A stretch of DNA of 63,984 nucleotides, filler included, from Syncephalis fuscata S228 (GCA_025786725.1; 5 parts of 5 records of this genome joined end to end with filler, not necessarily neighbours in it), one strand, 5' to 3'; positions 39,797 through 53,706 are shown, counted from the first letter of the whole stretch. Notes: a model not told the origin generated them from the letters alone. Numbers and translations: made by a program.

Positions 39797-41137
39797 CTAG
39801 TGTCTGCAAAATAAATTTTATTCAATACACACAATAACCGGATTGCTATTGGCCATCAATGGTACACTTCAAAGTGACAATACATTATTGTGCTAATCTG
39901 ACGTCTGTACTGGATTTAAATTAGGCCTATAGTTGCTTGAATTAGCATGCTTTAAAAAATTAGAGCCGACCAAATTGCTATGTATCTATACTGATTGGTT
40001 GTCAAAACAGGTAAATGACAGCATCATAGCGATCGAAGCATTAGTACAAGGTATAGGTCTAGCCGAGGGATAAAATCAACAAAATGATCTAGAACCATTA
40101 CCTGTTTTTGTTGTTGGCAATTATACCGAACCAAGGCGGCGTTCTTCACTATTATTGGTTCCGTGCAAAGGGCCCATTTTTAATGTAGCAAAAATACATT
40201 CTATTTTTGTACTTCTGCCAATTAGATCCTGATTCAATGTACATTGCTAAGGCCCATCATTGCCTTGTCGAAATTCAGCATTACTTTGAACTGTATAGAT
40301 GATTTCAAGTTTTTGATCAATACACTATCAGGCTAGCAAATCATTTAATGAATTGAGTTTTGCAAGTCACAGTAAAACTAGGTTATAGAAATTACTGATT
40401 ACAGCACAGTATCTAGAAATAAACAAACTTTTATTTAGCCAATGCTACACAAATTCATACGGTTGCATAGCTGTTTTATTAAAATACTGTGTAAATGCAA
40501 AACAGCTCAGTTACCATCGGTAATCAAATATTCGATAGTGCTGTATACTGCAATGGCCTGTATAGAGATGGCTATCTATAAATACTATGCAACTGCACAG
40601 AGTACCTATAAAACGAGCTAATCTGCAAATAGCAGTGGCAGTAAAAAGATATTGCCTTTGCTGCATACTATTATGAAAAAACAAGTACTATGTCTAGACC
40701 ATTTTGGTGGACATATTATCTAAATTGGATTAGGCCTTGGATTATCTATGTAGCTATCCTATGATAGCTTTACCTGATTGACAAAAACAAGTATAAGCAA
40801 TATGTTAATTTCATTGGTTATAACTAGAATATAGTCTACTGTATGCAATGCACCAGCAATTCTTGATTTTGGTACGGTCTAGAATTGGCTTGTTATAGTG
40901 CAAATGGTTTATCACAGTAACCTGCAATATTGCCGGATGGATGGCATAAAATTAATGTGAATGGTGGTGGATACTGGATATCTAAAAATTTGCTATATAA
41001 ACTACCACAGCTAAGTGCTTATTTGCAACATTAATCATTGCAACTACTCATCTATTCAGCTATACATATTCTACCAACAAATATCTCAGTGAAATACCAT
41101 TGGGTCCAATACAGTTTATTCGTCACTACTAGAAACC

Positions 41138-41650
41138 ATGCAACTTTTACCAACTCTGGTCGCTACTGCCCTGCTGGTCACTGCCATCCCAGCTTCACTT
41201 GGCGAAGAAATCAAGATCATACCTGGACCGTCGACGTTTAGAAATGCCTATGTTGGTGTAAAAGACAAATCGGGTATAGAAGTACCATTTATATATTCAA
41301 ATAGTAAATCTACTAAAGCTGAAACTAAATGGACAAGAACCTCAGTTTTTAAAATCGCTGGATACTATCAACTTAAATATAATTTGACAAACAAGTGTCT
41401 TAGCTATGATAAAAATAGTAATAGTTTATCTATGGTCGAATGCAATGTAAAGAGTGTACAGCAAGCATGGAATTTCTACGAGCCTACAGATGAAAGATAT
41501 AAGGGATTTATTAAGCTTATTCCACTAGATTTCGATGAAAAATACAAGAAGAATGGAGTGTGCTTGGAACAAGACAGCGAAAACTATGGGGTAAAAGAAT
41601 GCGACCATAAAAATCAAGCACAATATGTTAGAGTTGAGAAACTATCGTAA
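41138..41650 (+). CDS. Secreted ricin-B/beta-trefoil lectin-like protein, copy 2
   Basis: Same first 30 aa as copy 1; LKYNLTNKCLS, CNVKSVQQAWNF, VCLE..VKEC...AQYV. Confidence 0.8.
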   Translation: MQLLPTLVATALLVTAIPASLGEEIKIIPGPSTFRNAYVGVKDKSGIEVPFIYSNSKSTKAETKWTRTSVFKIAGYYQLKYNLTNKCLSYDKNSNSLSMVECNVKSVQQAWNFYEPTDERYKGFIKLIPLDFDEKYKKNGVCLEQDSENYGVKECDHKNQAQYVRVEKLS

Positions 41651-42654
41651 TTATTTTTATAGATAAACCATAAATGACTTTTAACATGTTTATTTTAAAT
41701 AAATAGTCAAACATTACTTAAAGCCGTGTGCGATATTGAAATAAAAAATGTAATAATTGTAATAGCGCATTATAAAACATATAATGAAAACAATACTAAT
41801 AATAGAAGTTATAAATTCAACAATACCGACACGTTAAACCAAAAGAAATTTTGAAAAATACATTGTTTTAAATTATTAAATCATTAATAAAGACAGTTCA
41901 TTTTCGATATTTTTATTCATATATTTCGATATTTTATTGTATTGTTACTATTTCACCAGTATAATTGTGGTGTAAGTTGCGTTATTTACCATATTTGGTA
42001 GAAAACTTAATTAGCAATAACTTCATCACGTGACTATTCCCATTTCCGGTAATAGTCAGGGTCCTAGTAAAAGATGGCCATTCTTTCGGTTAAGACACGG
42101 CGATCCCAACACTACAATCGTTTCTAACTTTTGGCAAGAAACACAGCGCCTATAAATACCTGCAATTCACGGCTCCATATTACTTATTACAGTAAAACTA
42201 GCCCCATATTGCCTGAAGAAGAAATTGAACAGACAAGCCGTTCAAGTTCTTCCTTCGTAATATTCAAGACCATTTACTATAAAATGGCAACCATATTTTT
42301 AATCTTAATAAATATTATCTTATCTTGGTTTTAAATTCTTTTTTATTTTATTTGAATTTTAAACCTTTTTGATCATTTCAGTCTTGCAGTGATTGCTAGA
42401 CTGAACTGATCTTTTTATCTGAGCTAACACTATTTTAGTCATTTATTCTACTTCTGTGGAAATTATTAATTAAAGGTTGATAATCTTTATTTATAAAAAC
42501 AATTAAGTAAATCTTAGATAACACTAATTACTAACATTATAGGTCACTCAAGACCAAGCATAATATTAGTAATCTGTTTATTATTCTACTCTTAGTAGAA
42601 TAGTAACAGTATGCCACAAGTAACTGCAATAGTCTAAACGTATTTTTCAATTAC

Positions 42655-43895
42655 ATGCAATGTCTACCAAACTATTTAGAAAAACTATATTTAACAGTAT
42701 TGAAAAACTGAGGGCCGCTGTTAACAAGCTTAAACTTGTTAACGTTTGCAATTTTAAGAGGAAAAGTAGCGATTCAACAAGATTACAGCTTGTTTGTTCT
42801 TACGAAGACCGTTCCAGCAACAAATGTCAGTTTGTCTTGACTGCTAAAAAACAGAAAACTGACCTAGTAAAGATTACCCAGTACAATATTATACATTTTG
42901 ATAATTGTTCATATAATTCTGGTAATAATAATATTAAATTTATTACTAAATCTATTACAAATGATGTTGCTACATTTCCAAATGTAAAGCCAAGAAATGT
43001 GCAAATAAAAGTATTAAGTGCATATTTGATTATTTAATACACACTAACATTGTAATAGCTCAACAAATGCTTTTATATTTTATTACAGAATTTGGACTGT
43101 TTTTGATTCAATAAAAAGAATGACATTACAACATTAGTAATATAATGATGTAACATTGACCAAGTAACCAATGGAGAAAAAGAAATAGAAGTCGTAGCTT
43201 AGTCAAATGTTTTAATATCAATTAATAAAGAATAGCATCAGTATCAAATGCCTTTAACCTGTAACAATAGCTCAAATTAGCGTATTTATAACAAAAGTTG
43301 TAATTGTATAAATTCTAATAATAACCGAAATGAATTGGATTATAAAAGTTATATTTATTATTATTTGAGTAACAGTATTGTGTATTTATAATATTGTTGG
43401 ATAATATACAAAGCAAAAAAATTACTGATGGAAAAGGTAATCACAATAAATGCAATAGTTTTAATTTAAACTTTGTTTATTTACGTAGTTTAGTTAATTA
43501 TAGAATAGTAACAATATGCCAATTGTGTTTTATTTGTTAAAAGACTTTCAGCAATATACTTGTGACAAATGCAACTCAAAAGAAAACATAATACAAAAAT
43601 ATATGTGAAACAGTACCAATAATATTGGAACAGTAGCTATGTTAAACTAAACGTTTTATTGAAAAACAAATACAAACTACTAATGAAACAGCTATCAAGA
43701 AAAGAAAACGTATTATTAAAAAATATTTAGTTTGCGGTGAATGCCATTACAAGAAGATATGATGTGATATAAACGAAATGACTTAATTAATTAATAAATT
43801 TAAAAAATTTAAAAAAGGAATTTATTATAATAAAATTTAAAAACAATGTATTTCTCTAATTAAAATAAAAAACTGGTGTGTTTTTTAATTTTCTC
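42655..43895 (+). mobile_element. Degenerate Mutator-like (MULE) transposon with 3' TIR
   Basis: ORF F.SIEKLRAAV...FKRKSSDSTRLQLVC...CQFVLTA...KITQYNIIH..C fits the MuDR N-terminal DNA-binding pattern. Decayed SWIM-like and knuckle-like remnants at ~43560 and ~43730. Terminus ggtgtgttttttaattttctc resembles the terminus at 34465-34485. Confidence 0.7.
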
Positions 43896-46800
43896 TAAAG
43901 AAATCGTACTTTTAGTATACTTGATGATGCAATTAGCTTAGCCATGAATATCATTCTATTGATATATTCATATGCAGGTCGTAGGAAAATCCATGCCTAG
44001 AGTGCATCATTGATATATTGATTTTAATCATAAATCCATTCCAGCTATGTTTATTATGATGCTAATACTAATGATGTAAATGGTTGTGCAACTAGACCGT
44101 GCATCCAAGTGATCTTCCTTATTTCTTGGCGATTTTAATTGACCATTAACAATGTATATACTCAATTTTATTAAATATCAAACCAGCAAATATTATAACA
44201 ACTATGAGGACTAATATTAATTTATTTGTCTATACATAGTAACCAATAAGCAAAGGCCATTTCTACCTTAGTTGTGTATGATATTTGCCGCATGCCATCC
44301 CATTTTTCCGTTAACATCCCCGTATAGCTGATTGGATGAAATGATCAAGTAAAATAGCCGGGGAATAGTTTAGAATTACAAGTAAGAGAACTAGAGAGGA
44401 GTCACCGCGACAATATCAGGGATCAACGGAGTGTTAGAGGTCCGTTTACAAATGCCAGGCAGATACAATATATAATGAAGTTACAAGAACAGCTATCGAC
44501 TATTGCTAATACACTCATACAACCACTCAATTTCTACATTTCTACACACAGTCAAATACACACGCAATACGCATGCTCAAAATACACACTCATACACACC
44601 ATTTTGGGTTCCTTCCTTTTTTGTATTTCCCTTTCAGTTAAACTAGTTACATTAAGTAATATTCAGTGTTAAGTTATATGTATTTTCATCAGTGTCAGTA
44701 TGTACATTCTTACTAGTCAAATGCGGCATGGGGAGACGTCGTATTCACCGCAGGTATTACAGTCACCAACCGTTGCGCGTCGCCCTGAATACCGGACTCG
44801 GCGGCGCTACATACTGCTGGCGGGTATTCTAATGCCATTTACGGTACTCGTGGCAGTGCCTACTGTAATCGACAAGTGGGAGCGCAAAACAAAAGGTGGA
44901 TTGACTAAAAACATACGCAAGCCTACCGGTAAGTAATGAGCCAATACTATTTTACATTATTTGTTGTAGTAGTTCGCTAATATATGCTCTATAGCGGTCA
45001 CTACACTTATGGCCATTAGTCTCGCTTTAGCCGTCATGTCCAATGTTGCACTTTACGCTCGTCTCCTACTCTATCTTCCTCATCTCATGACCCTTATTAC
45101 TACTGTAGCTTCGGGATTTCGAGGTTAGTAATCATGTACCATTTACCAAAGCAAATCACCTGATGTTGTACTACCTAGTATTACTAAGTACGGCGGCACT
45201 TGTAGCACACCGTTTTATAACATCTCATGTAAAGCATGACTCAATCATCTCCTATACTGGTGAATGGATTATGTGCATTGCTGATACAGCATTATCAAGC
45301 TTTGTTTTTGGCATTCTCGTCTATGATATTTATCATGCACAAAAACATAATCTGAAAGGTAGGATGGACATCAGCGATTGATTCTCATATATGTATATAC
45401 ATGCTAATACTATTGAATGAATAGGCAGTGGACTGTCACATAAAGAACGTTTATTCATTAATACAATAGTTATTACTGTTCTTTGGTGGACACTCGGCTC
45501 TATAGCATTCATGTATTTGGAAAACTGGTCCTTTCTATCTAGTCTATTTTTTAGTCTAGGTAAGTTGTAACATATAGCGTGTTTTACAATCACTCACAAT
45601 CTATTGTACCTACCAGTGACCATGTCTACGGTGGGATTTGGTAATCTGGCACCAACATCTGTAGGCAGCAAGATAGTATGCATTATATTCGCTGTTATAG
45701 GTATCTCTTTACTCGGTATGCTGATCAACTCGTTTGCCACTATGGTTTTGGACAATATTCGACGAGAAACAGAAACTCGTATTACTGAAATGCGTCGTCG
45801 TCGCTACGAAAGTCGACAACGTGCAGTCATACAAGAACTGGATCCGGTTAATGACACCGATCCAATATCCCGCCCATCTGAGGCAGCACCGGCAGATTAT
45901 ACTGATGTATATGGCTCGGTAGACGATGCCAGAAGGGAAAAGGACGACATTCAAGGCAGCGAGATAGTAAGAAAGCTGTATTTTTCTTTATCTAGCCTAA
46001 TCATTTGTATGTAAGTATACTGTATATACCAATATGTTTAGTTCAATTACTAATTAATTATGCTGTAGTGTAATTCATACATTTATATTTGCCCACACTG
46101 AAAACTGGGCCTACATGGATAGTTTCTATTTTTGTTCTACTACCATCATGACCATCGGTAAGTTACACTAATAGTATTTATTAGTATTTATTGATGTATC
46201 TATTGTATTCTATAGGATTTGGTGATTTTGTACCCACATCCCATATTGGTGAGGCCATGTTTATATTATTTTGTATTACTGGCCTGGCCTGTATGACCTA
46301 TTGTGGTTTAGTCATATCTCAGATGCGTCGTGACTATGTCACATATCACATCCTACGAGTTGAGAATATATTACGACGCTATGCCACACTTAACGAAAAA
46401 AATAGCGCTCAAGTACGCATGACTGAGACTAATTCAAGCGTATCAGTAAGAGGTACAGTACAACGTTCAAATCCATCCCAGACAGAGCTAGATGTAGAAG
46501 CAGCAGCAACAGAAGCAACCACAACATCAAAGACGGCAGAACGAGAACAAGCAATGAACGAAGTATTAGAGGCAGCACGTCAGATGCGCCGTACGCTAAA
46601 AGCTATGGCCCGTGCATCCGTTAATATACCAAAGTTTTCATCTGGTATATCAAATAGCCGTATTAATAATAGTAGCAGTAGTATTAATGACTTCAATAAT
46701 AGCCACTATAATATTAGTAACAAAGGATCAATGTCGGCCGTTTCAATACCATTGTACTCATTTGCTAATACAATACGAAAAGTATCAAGTGAACATATTA

Positions 46801-47128
46801 TTATAGAAGAGTCAAATGACGGTGTCAACTCGGCAGACATATCCACAACGCTATCACAACAAGTAACTCCACTTGGCCGTCTAGCAGTATGGCATAATTG
46901 TCACGATTATATGGAACGAATTATTCTAGCAACAGAACGATTACTAGAAATTGAACACCTTGATAAAATGACACATGGATCCAGTAGATAATAATTATAA
47001 TTTATTTATTTATTGGATAGATGATTTGTTAATATTATACATGCCAGATAGATAGTAGTAATCGTATTAATTGTTATTATTTCCCTCTCTCCTCCCTCTC
47101 TCCTATAATGCTTTATGGAATTTATATA
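43896..47128 (+). repeat. Right arm of inverted segmental duplication
   Basis: Reverse complement of 34489-37728. Confidence 0.97.
44700..46991 (+). CDS. TOK1-like two-pore K+ channel, copy B (introns 44929-44994, 45124-45178, 45359-45424, 45560-45616, 46011-46068, 46158-46215)
   Basis: Same architecture and pore motifs as copy A; frame intact through the splices checked. Confidence 0.9.
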
Positions 47129-47241
47129 GTATGATAATAATAAAAATAGTATGAATTTATTGATTCCATAACTATGCTTTATATATTTATTTTTAATTAT
47201 TATTATTTTATTATAATAACGATGACGTCTACTACAACAGA

Positions 47242-50200
47242 TTACACGGTGCTTTGATTATCAGGAGATGATGGCAAATTAGATGTTGAATTCATCTGTG
47301 ACGTTACCGATGTTTCACCACCAAATGTACGACGTACAAATAGAATAAACCATGTCCATCGACCTGTATTACGCAGTGGAACACTGGCATTGGGTTTAAG
47401 GCTTTCTTCTTGTACAATATCTGCATCATCTGGAAAGACGCTTCGCTGATAGCTATAGCCAAATTAATAAGTGACTATATCGCTATTATTGTATTTGTTA
47501 AACTTACTAGAAATAGATGTAATCGGGTAGACAACAAACAACAACGACAATAACAATACTAAAGTAATTACCAGCTAATGTAAATAACTCTTTCATTACC
47601 GGTTCTTCAAGGAAATTAAATAGCTCAAGGCCAAACATCAATATAAGATTGGCCAATAGACTAAGAGCAACTGCGGCAATAAATACCCAGACCCACCGAC
47701 TAACACAATAGAATAGATATCAATATTAGTCAATAGAAAACTGAAGCTAATAAATAGTACTTACCGGACCGTTAAGGCAATTTTAGAACAAACAACGACA
47801 AGTACAAGTGTACCAACCAAGAATGCTTCAGTAGTACGACCAATGGTTCCACCATCACTACGTATATTACCTTGGCCTACTAGAAACATAAACGTACCAA
47901 ATATCGCTATAATATGAATATTAATAATTATAAATACTATTAATCTACAAAAATAACTTACCAACTGAATGCCATAGTGCTGTAAATGCCCATCCAAGCT
48001 CCAATTTAATATTCCAAAATCGACCATCCTTTATCGCTTTATAAAGTCTAGGATACTATTGAAATGCATTAATAATAATAATAATAAAACAAAATAACAA
48101 TATCTTACCTTGGCAATCTTTTCTTCATCGACATCTTTATCAAAAATAGCCATAGCAATAGGCGGTAAACTTGTATAGGCCACATTCCATAGCGTAAGGA
48201 AATGATCTTCATAAAGAGTCTATACCCGTAACATTAGGGCGGGTAGTTGATTTAAACTTGTAACTTACTTGACCACACCACGCATTATAGAAACCAAACC
48301 AAAATTGTACGGTAATAAGCGCAATATTCTTATACAATGAATATAGTATAATATTGGCAATACGCATGTAGGAGTAGCGGCCATGAACAGATAATAAGCG
48401 ACGCAATGCTCTAAATTCAACAAACGAATAATCACTTGCTCGTACTGCTTGTGCACCTTCCATTCCTTCAATGCCCACACCAACATGTGCTTCCTATAAA
48501 TAAAATATAAAATATAAAATATAGATTCATTAATAGTTATGGTTTGTACCTTTTTATATAATAATTATAATAATACAACTTACCTGAATCATACTAACAT
48601 CATTGGCACCATCGCCAATACTAAGGGTTACTTTAAATAGCTGTTTCTTCACAAGTCGTACCACCAACGCCTTTTGCAATGGAGTCACTCGACAACAAAT
48701 AACCTATTAATATAATATAATATATCTATTTAATATATATCCAACCATTACTATTATTTATTAGACTTACTGAACGGCATCGAACACCTATTTTCAAAAA
48801 CTTCTTTGCCAGTTCTGGTAATAGTAAAATATACACTAATGATTCACCATCCACTACTAGTGCATTTTTATCATCATCATTCTTTTCCTCAGTTTCTGTA
48901 ATAAATTGATCTAATAATGTACTACAATCAGGTCCTGATTTGGCATTTACAGTCATAATATTCATGGCAGCCGATATCAATCGTGAAGATTTGCCAACTT
49001 TGACCGCCGTTTCTTGTTTATCGCCCGTCAATAACCAAATACGAATGTCACACTAGTTCAGTTCATTAATATACACTCTATTGTTACACTAATATATACT
49101 AATATATATATATATATATATATATTAACTTACTTGTAGTAAATAATCAATCGTTTCTGGTACTTGATCTTGTAGTTTATCTTCAATGGCTGAACATCCC
49201 AATAATCGAAGACGTACTTCGGCTAATTCTGAGGCTCGTGCCACTTTTTGATCCCGGTTACGTAGCGCACATTCTGCCTTGTCATATCGACGGGAGAATG
49301 CCTCATACTCACCGGTTTTAAACTGTTTCCAGGCCATAACTAGTGTACGCAGTCCACTCACAGAAAAGTTTAATAGCGCTTCTTCAGCCGCGGCTAATGT
49401 CTTTTTATTCGTATCTTCACGTAATCGCTGAGTAATAATATTATCGGCACCTTTGCAAAACAAAAATGTGCCTATTTAATACTGTAATTAATAATCCGCC
49501 TAATGAAATGTCTATAGTTAGCCTACCTTTATCGTTACGAACAATGACCGACATTCGCTTGCGGTCAGAGGTGAAATCAAGTACTCGAAGTAGTTCATAG
49601 GTCTCTTCTTGGCCTATATTCATTTATAAGTAACAAGCTATAGACGTTACAATAGTAAAACTTGCCAAAGACTGAAATGGTAATCACATCTTTTGTACGA
49701 TGTACAAGTAGCCCATCATCTTCACGTAGACCGTATAATAAAGCTGATTCGTCTGGTGATGGTGATTCATACAGTACACTAACACCATCTTTATCCATAA
49801 CTGGAATAGCGCCATGACAAATGGCCACACAACGAACAAAATTGACTATTAATTCCTTTTCTTCAGCATCATTAAGTGTCTACAAATTAAATGGATACTT
49901 ATATTAGTTTTTGTACTTATAATATACACTGTCCATTTATTACCTCATAGTAATGCTTAAGACTACCTGGCTCCGCTGTCTCATCGAATGTTTGCTGTCC
50001 AATGTACCATTTAGCTAGACGCATCACATTCTGTGTTAATGTGCCCGTCTTATCAGAAAAGATATATTCAACCTATATTATATTAATAATTATCTATATA
50101 TCTATATATCTATATATCTATATATTTATGTTAACACTTACTGCTCCCAGATCTTCGTTTAAATTAGAATTATGGGCCTTCATTGCTCGACCCTTTGATG

Positions 50201-52510
50201 ACTTCATACCATCATCCCACATCATAAAACTTGCTTGAGCTACACGTACCAATTCCACTGATACAAATACTGAAATAGGTACTACAAAACTATATAATAC
50301 GAAGAAGACCATAAACACACCAAATACTTCCTATAAAGCAAGGAATAAGTAAATAAGTACTTTATGCATTGTTACTTACTCGAGCCGGCGTCCGAGTATT
50401 GTCACTAGGTGGCAAATACCAAGCTTTGGGATTGGAGGCATTTTGTTGTGTCGGCTAGTAATTCATTCATTATTAATTAACATGACATATTACTAGTTAA
50501 TTACTTACCGATGGAATGACATAGAGACAAGTGCTGACAATCAATATAATAGCATTGAAAATAAAGATCCACATAATCAACTTGTTTAGTCGCTTTTCTA
50601 AAGTAGAAAACTTTAGACCTGTTTGTTTTAAATTCCTATTATAATCATCGTTTGTTTAACAAGTTTATCCATAGAATTACTAACTTACTTGAATACTTTA
50701 GTATCTTCACCGGCATAAATAACTGCACCATAAATGTACTCGGTATTACGCAGTGTAGATCCACGAAGTAGTAACTGCTCCATACTGAGTGGTGTCATAT
50801 CGGCTCGTCGATCATCAATCTCCAGGGTCACTAGGCCTTCGAATATATTCAATCGTTCATTGGGCATTTCACATTCAATATGACCACGTAGACGCATAAT
50901 ATCCTATAAATAGCGGTTATATAATTGATCATAGTATAGTATTAATTACTAACCTCGGGTGTATTAAATCCTTGAGTTAATTGGATAGCATCACGGGTCT
51001 TTAAGCTTGTTTCACCATCCAATTCAACAGTATCAATGTAACAAGTGCCATCCTCGATGGAAGATGACAATAAAACAAGATCAGCCGGTACAGGCTCATC
51101 CTTGGTCAAATAGACCTATATACGTATTAGTTATACTATATTCTATTAGTTGTTACTTACCATATCGCCTGGAACAATGTTCATACTAAGAACTTTTTCA
51201 TGTTTTCCATCTCGTACCACTGTGAACTCCTGAGTATTTGCTTGTTTATCTTGTTTATATCGTTTCTAGTTATCATTCAACATTAAAATTGATATTAATA
51301 TATATTTATCTGCATGTTATCAATTACTATAGATAATTCTTACATAATCTTCAAGACCATCCTTAACAGCGGTAATGAATAACACAATAAAAAGTGGCAA
51401 CAACTCAGAAGTTGGATCTAATGATGGTTCAAGTAGCACAAAAACAGCAGCCAATAAAAATAAATATTATAAAATCGACGAAACTAGATTAATTAGATTA
51501 AATTAGTATATTTTTATATTTACGCTATCTTTATATTATTTAATTACCTGAAAGAACAAATTGACAGGTATAAATGACCATAGTGTATATTTTGTAGTAC
51601 GAATGTAATTGGTAGAGTATTTATGATCGAGTCGATGTAACATACTTTTCTCGGGCACACCATTAAATTCCACTTCATACAAATCCTCTGCTCCACGATG
51701 TTCTGTAGAGGAACGACCCGCCGAGTACACCGTAGACTGATGGCTAAAACTAAATCGTGATGACAATGCTCGCTTCACTGAAGGTGATGCTGGTGGTCGA
51801 GAAATGACCGAGGCTGCATCTGTTTGACTCGATACATCGGTATTGATTCTAGGTCGAGATAGTCGTCGAAACTTTTTGGCGGCCTGTGAACGCTGTTCAT
51901 CCAATAGTGCTGATGAAGGCGCAGGGCGTGTCCCATCTAATGGACCTGATGCTGAACGTGCCAATGGAGATACTACAGGTGATTCTGTTCCTCCAATGGT
52001 TCTAAGTGAGTCTTTACGTAGATTACTAGATGCCATCAATGGACTGGCTGGAGATGCATCGATTTCACGTATTTCATCCATTTCTTCTTCTTCTTCTTCT
52101 CCTTCGTCATCTTCGCTATCTTCTTCGCTCTCCTCTTCGCTCTCCTCTGATTCAGAAATAGCCGAAAATAGCACCTTTTTGCTTTTCCCTAGATTGCTTC
52201 TACTTGATCCAGATGGCTCCAAATCACTCGCTTGAAGTCTACTATCTCCACTGACCTCACTTGTAGTCTCGGTATCCAGGGTAAATGTCGATGGATTATA
52301 GGATCCATGTGGATTAGTACCCAATGCTAGTGCAACCTCTAGTGCTGCACTATCCTGTTCAGTTACCGTATCTGAGGTCACTGCTATAGCTGATGCTGAA
52401 TTAGAGGCAGTTACTGGAATGGCCGGTGGCGGTGGCGGTGTCCCTTCACGATCCAGTACTTGATGTACCTCCGTCATCTCCTCCTCTCGCGACTGATGGT
52501 CATGCTCCAT
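47242..52510 (-). CDS. P4-type phospholipid-translocating ATPase (Drs2/Dnf-like flippase), many introns
   Basis: [94 protein letters not shown]. Apparent 1-bp homopolymer deletion near 51456. Confidence 0.95.
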
Positions 52511-53706
52511 GAACAAGGCAACCGCGTCTATCGATACCGATGTTGTTAACAATAGCTGTTAACTAATAAAATTGTGTATTACTTGACACGGCAATGAATA
52601 GTCAATAACCCACACACTAATAACTATTTTTATATATATTATTATTATTTAAATGTAAAATTGTAACAAGAACCAAGATATCACATATTCACATCACAAT
52701 GAACCTTATTATTCTTCCCGCCATACACTTTAGTCATTTCATCGATGAACATATTATGTTACTACAGCTACTTACCTAATCAATATAATATATAAACTAT
52801 TTAGGCGGTAATTATAAAGGAGCCACCTATAATATACTATTTGTGCCAATAATCCGACAATAGTCCAGAAAACAACTTAATCGTTAATAATCGCGTAATA
52901 ATTGACAGATGTATTCAAATAAAGCAGTACACGCAATCGAGTCTTTATCGTCAAATATTCAGTACTGAAGTGCCAGCAGAGTGGGGAATACGTTGAAACG
53001 ACCTCACTTTGTGGCACAGCCAGTATTCATATAACCTCCAAGAACTAAAGGAGACTTATACTAAAAAAGGGGCTTCTATGCCTGTGCCAACCAACAACCG
53101 CCGTGGCAGTATCTGCAGACACTTACATGAATTCTTGTAAGGTAGGATGAATAAAATAAAGTAAGGATGATGAGGTGCGTGGAAGTTTATTACTGTCGAA
53201 CGAGTAATAGTAATAGTGTTTGCAGTAATAATAGTGTAAAGGTAAATAGGAGTAGCGGTAATAATAGAATAGAATAACGGTAATAAAAAAATTAACCGAG
53301 CACGCGGACTTGCAATAATGGAAAAATACCAGCAATTCTTCCAAGTACAGTAACTTTTAGAATAAACCAAATTTATCTGTAAATCAAACAGAAAAATCCA
53401 GATTGATCAAATAAATGAATAGTGTTTGTGTGTGGTTAGTAGAGGTAACAAGGCAATAGGAAATGGCAGAATAACGAAGACTACTACATCAATATAACTG
53501 TTACAGATGTGTAGATTTTATTGTTATAATAGTTAGTGTTGTTGTACTAAGGAGTCATAAGTGACATCCACACTGATACCACTAGAAAACAACATGTTTT
53601 ATATTTCTTTATGGAGATATTAAACACGTTTGGTGCTAAAACAAGCAGAGTAGCCGCATCTACTATTGATCAATATCACTAGCTAGTACTATTGATGATG
53701 CGTCTA

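Noticed and set aside
44700-46991. DGR-like adenine-specific mutagenesis or classical RIP as the cause of channel divergence
   Set aside because: Changes are bidirectional transitions at all bases, not A-specific or unidirectional, and the C/G-containing upstream part of the repeat is almost untouched.
51450-51465. Frameshift in flippase exon 2
   Set aside because: One missing base in a homopolymer of an otherwise intact conserved gene; most likely a sequencing error.
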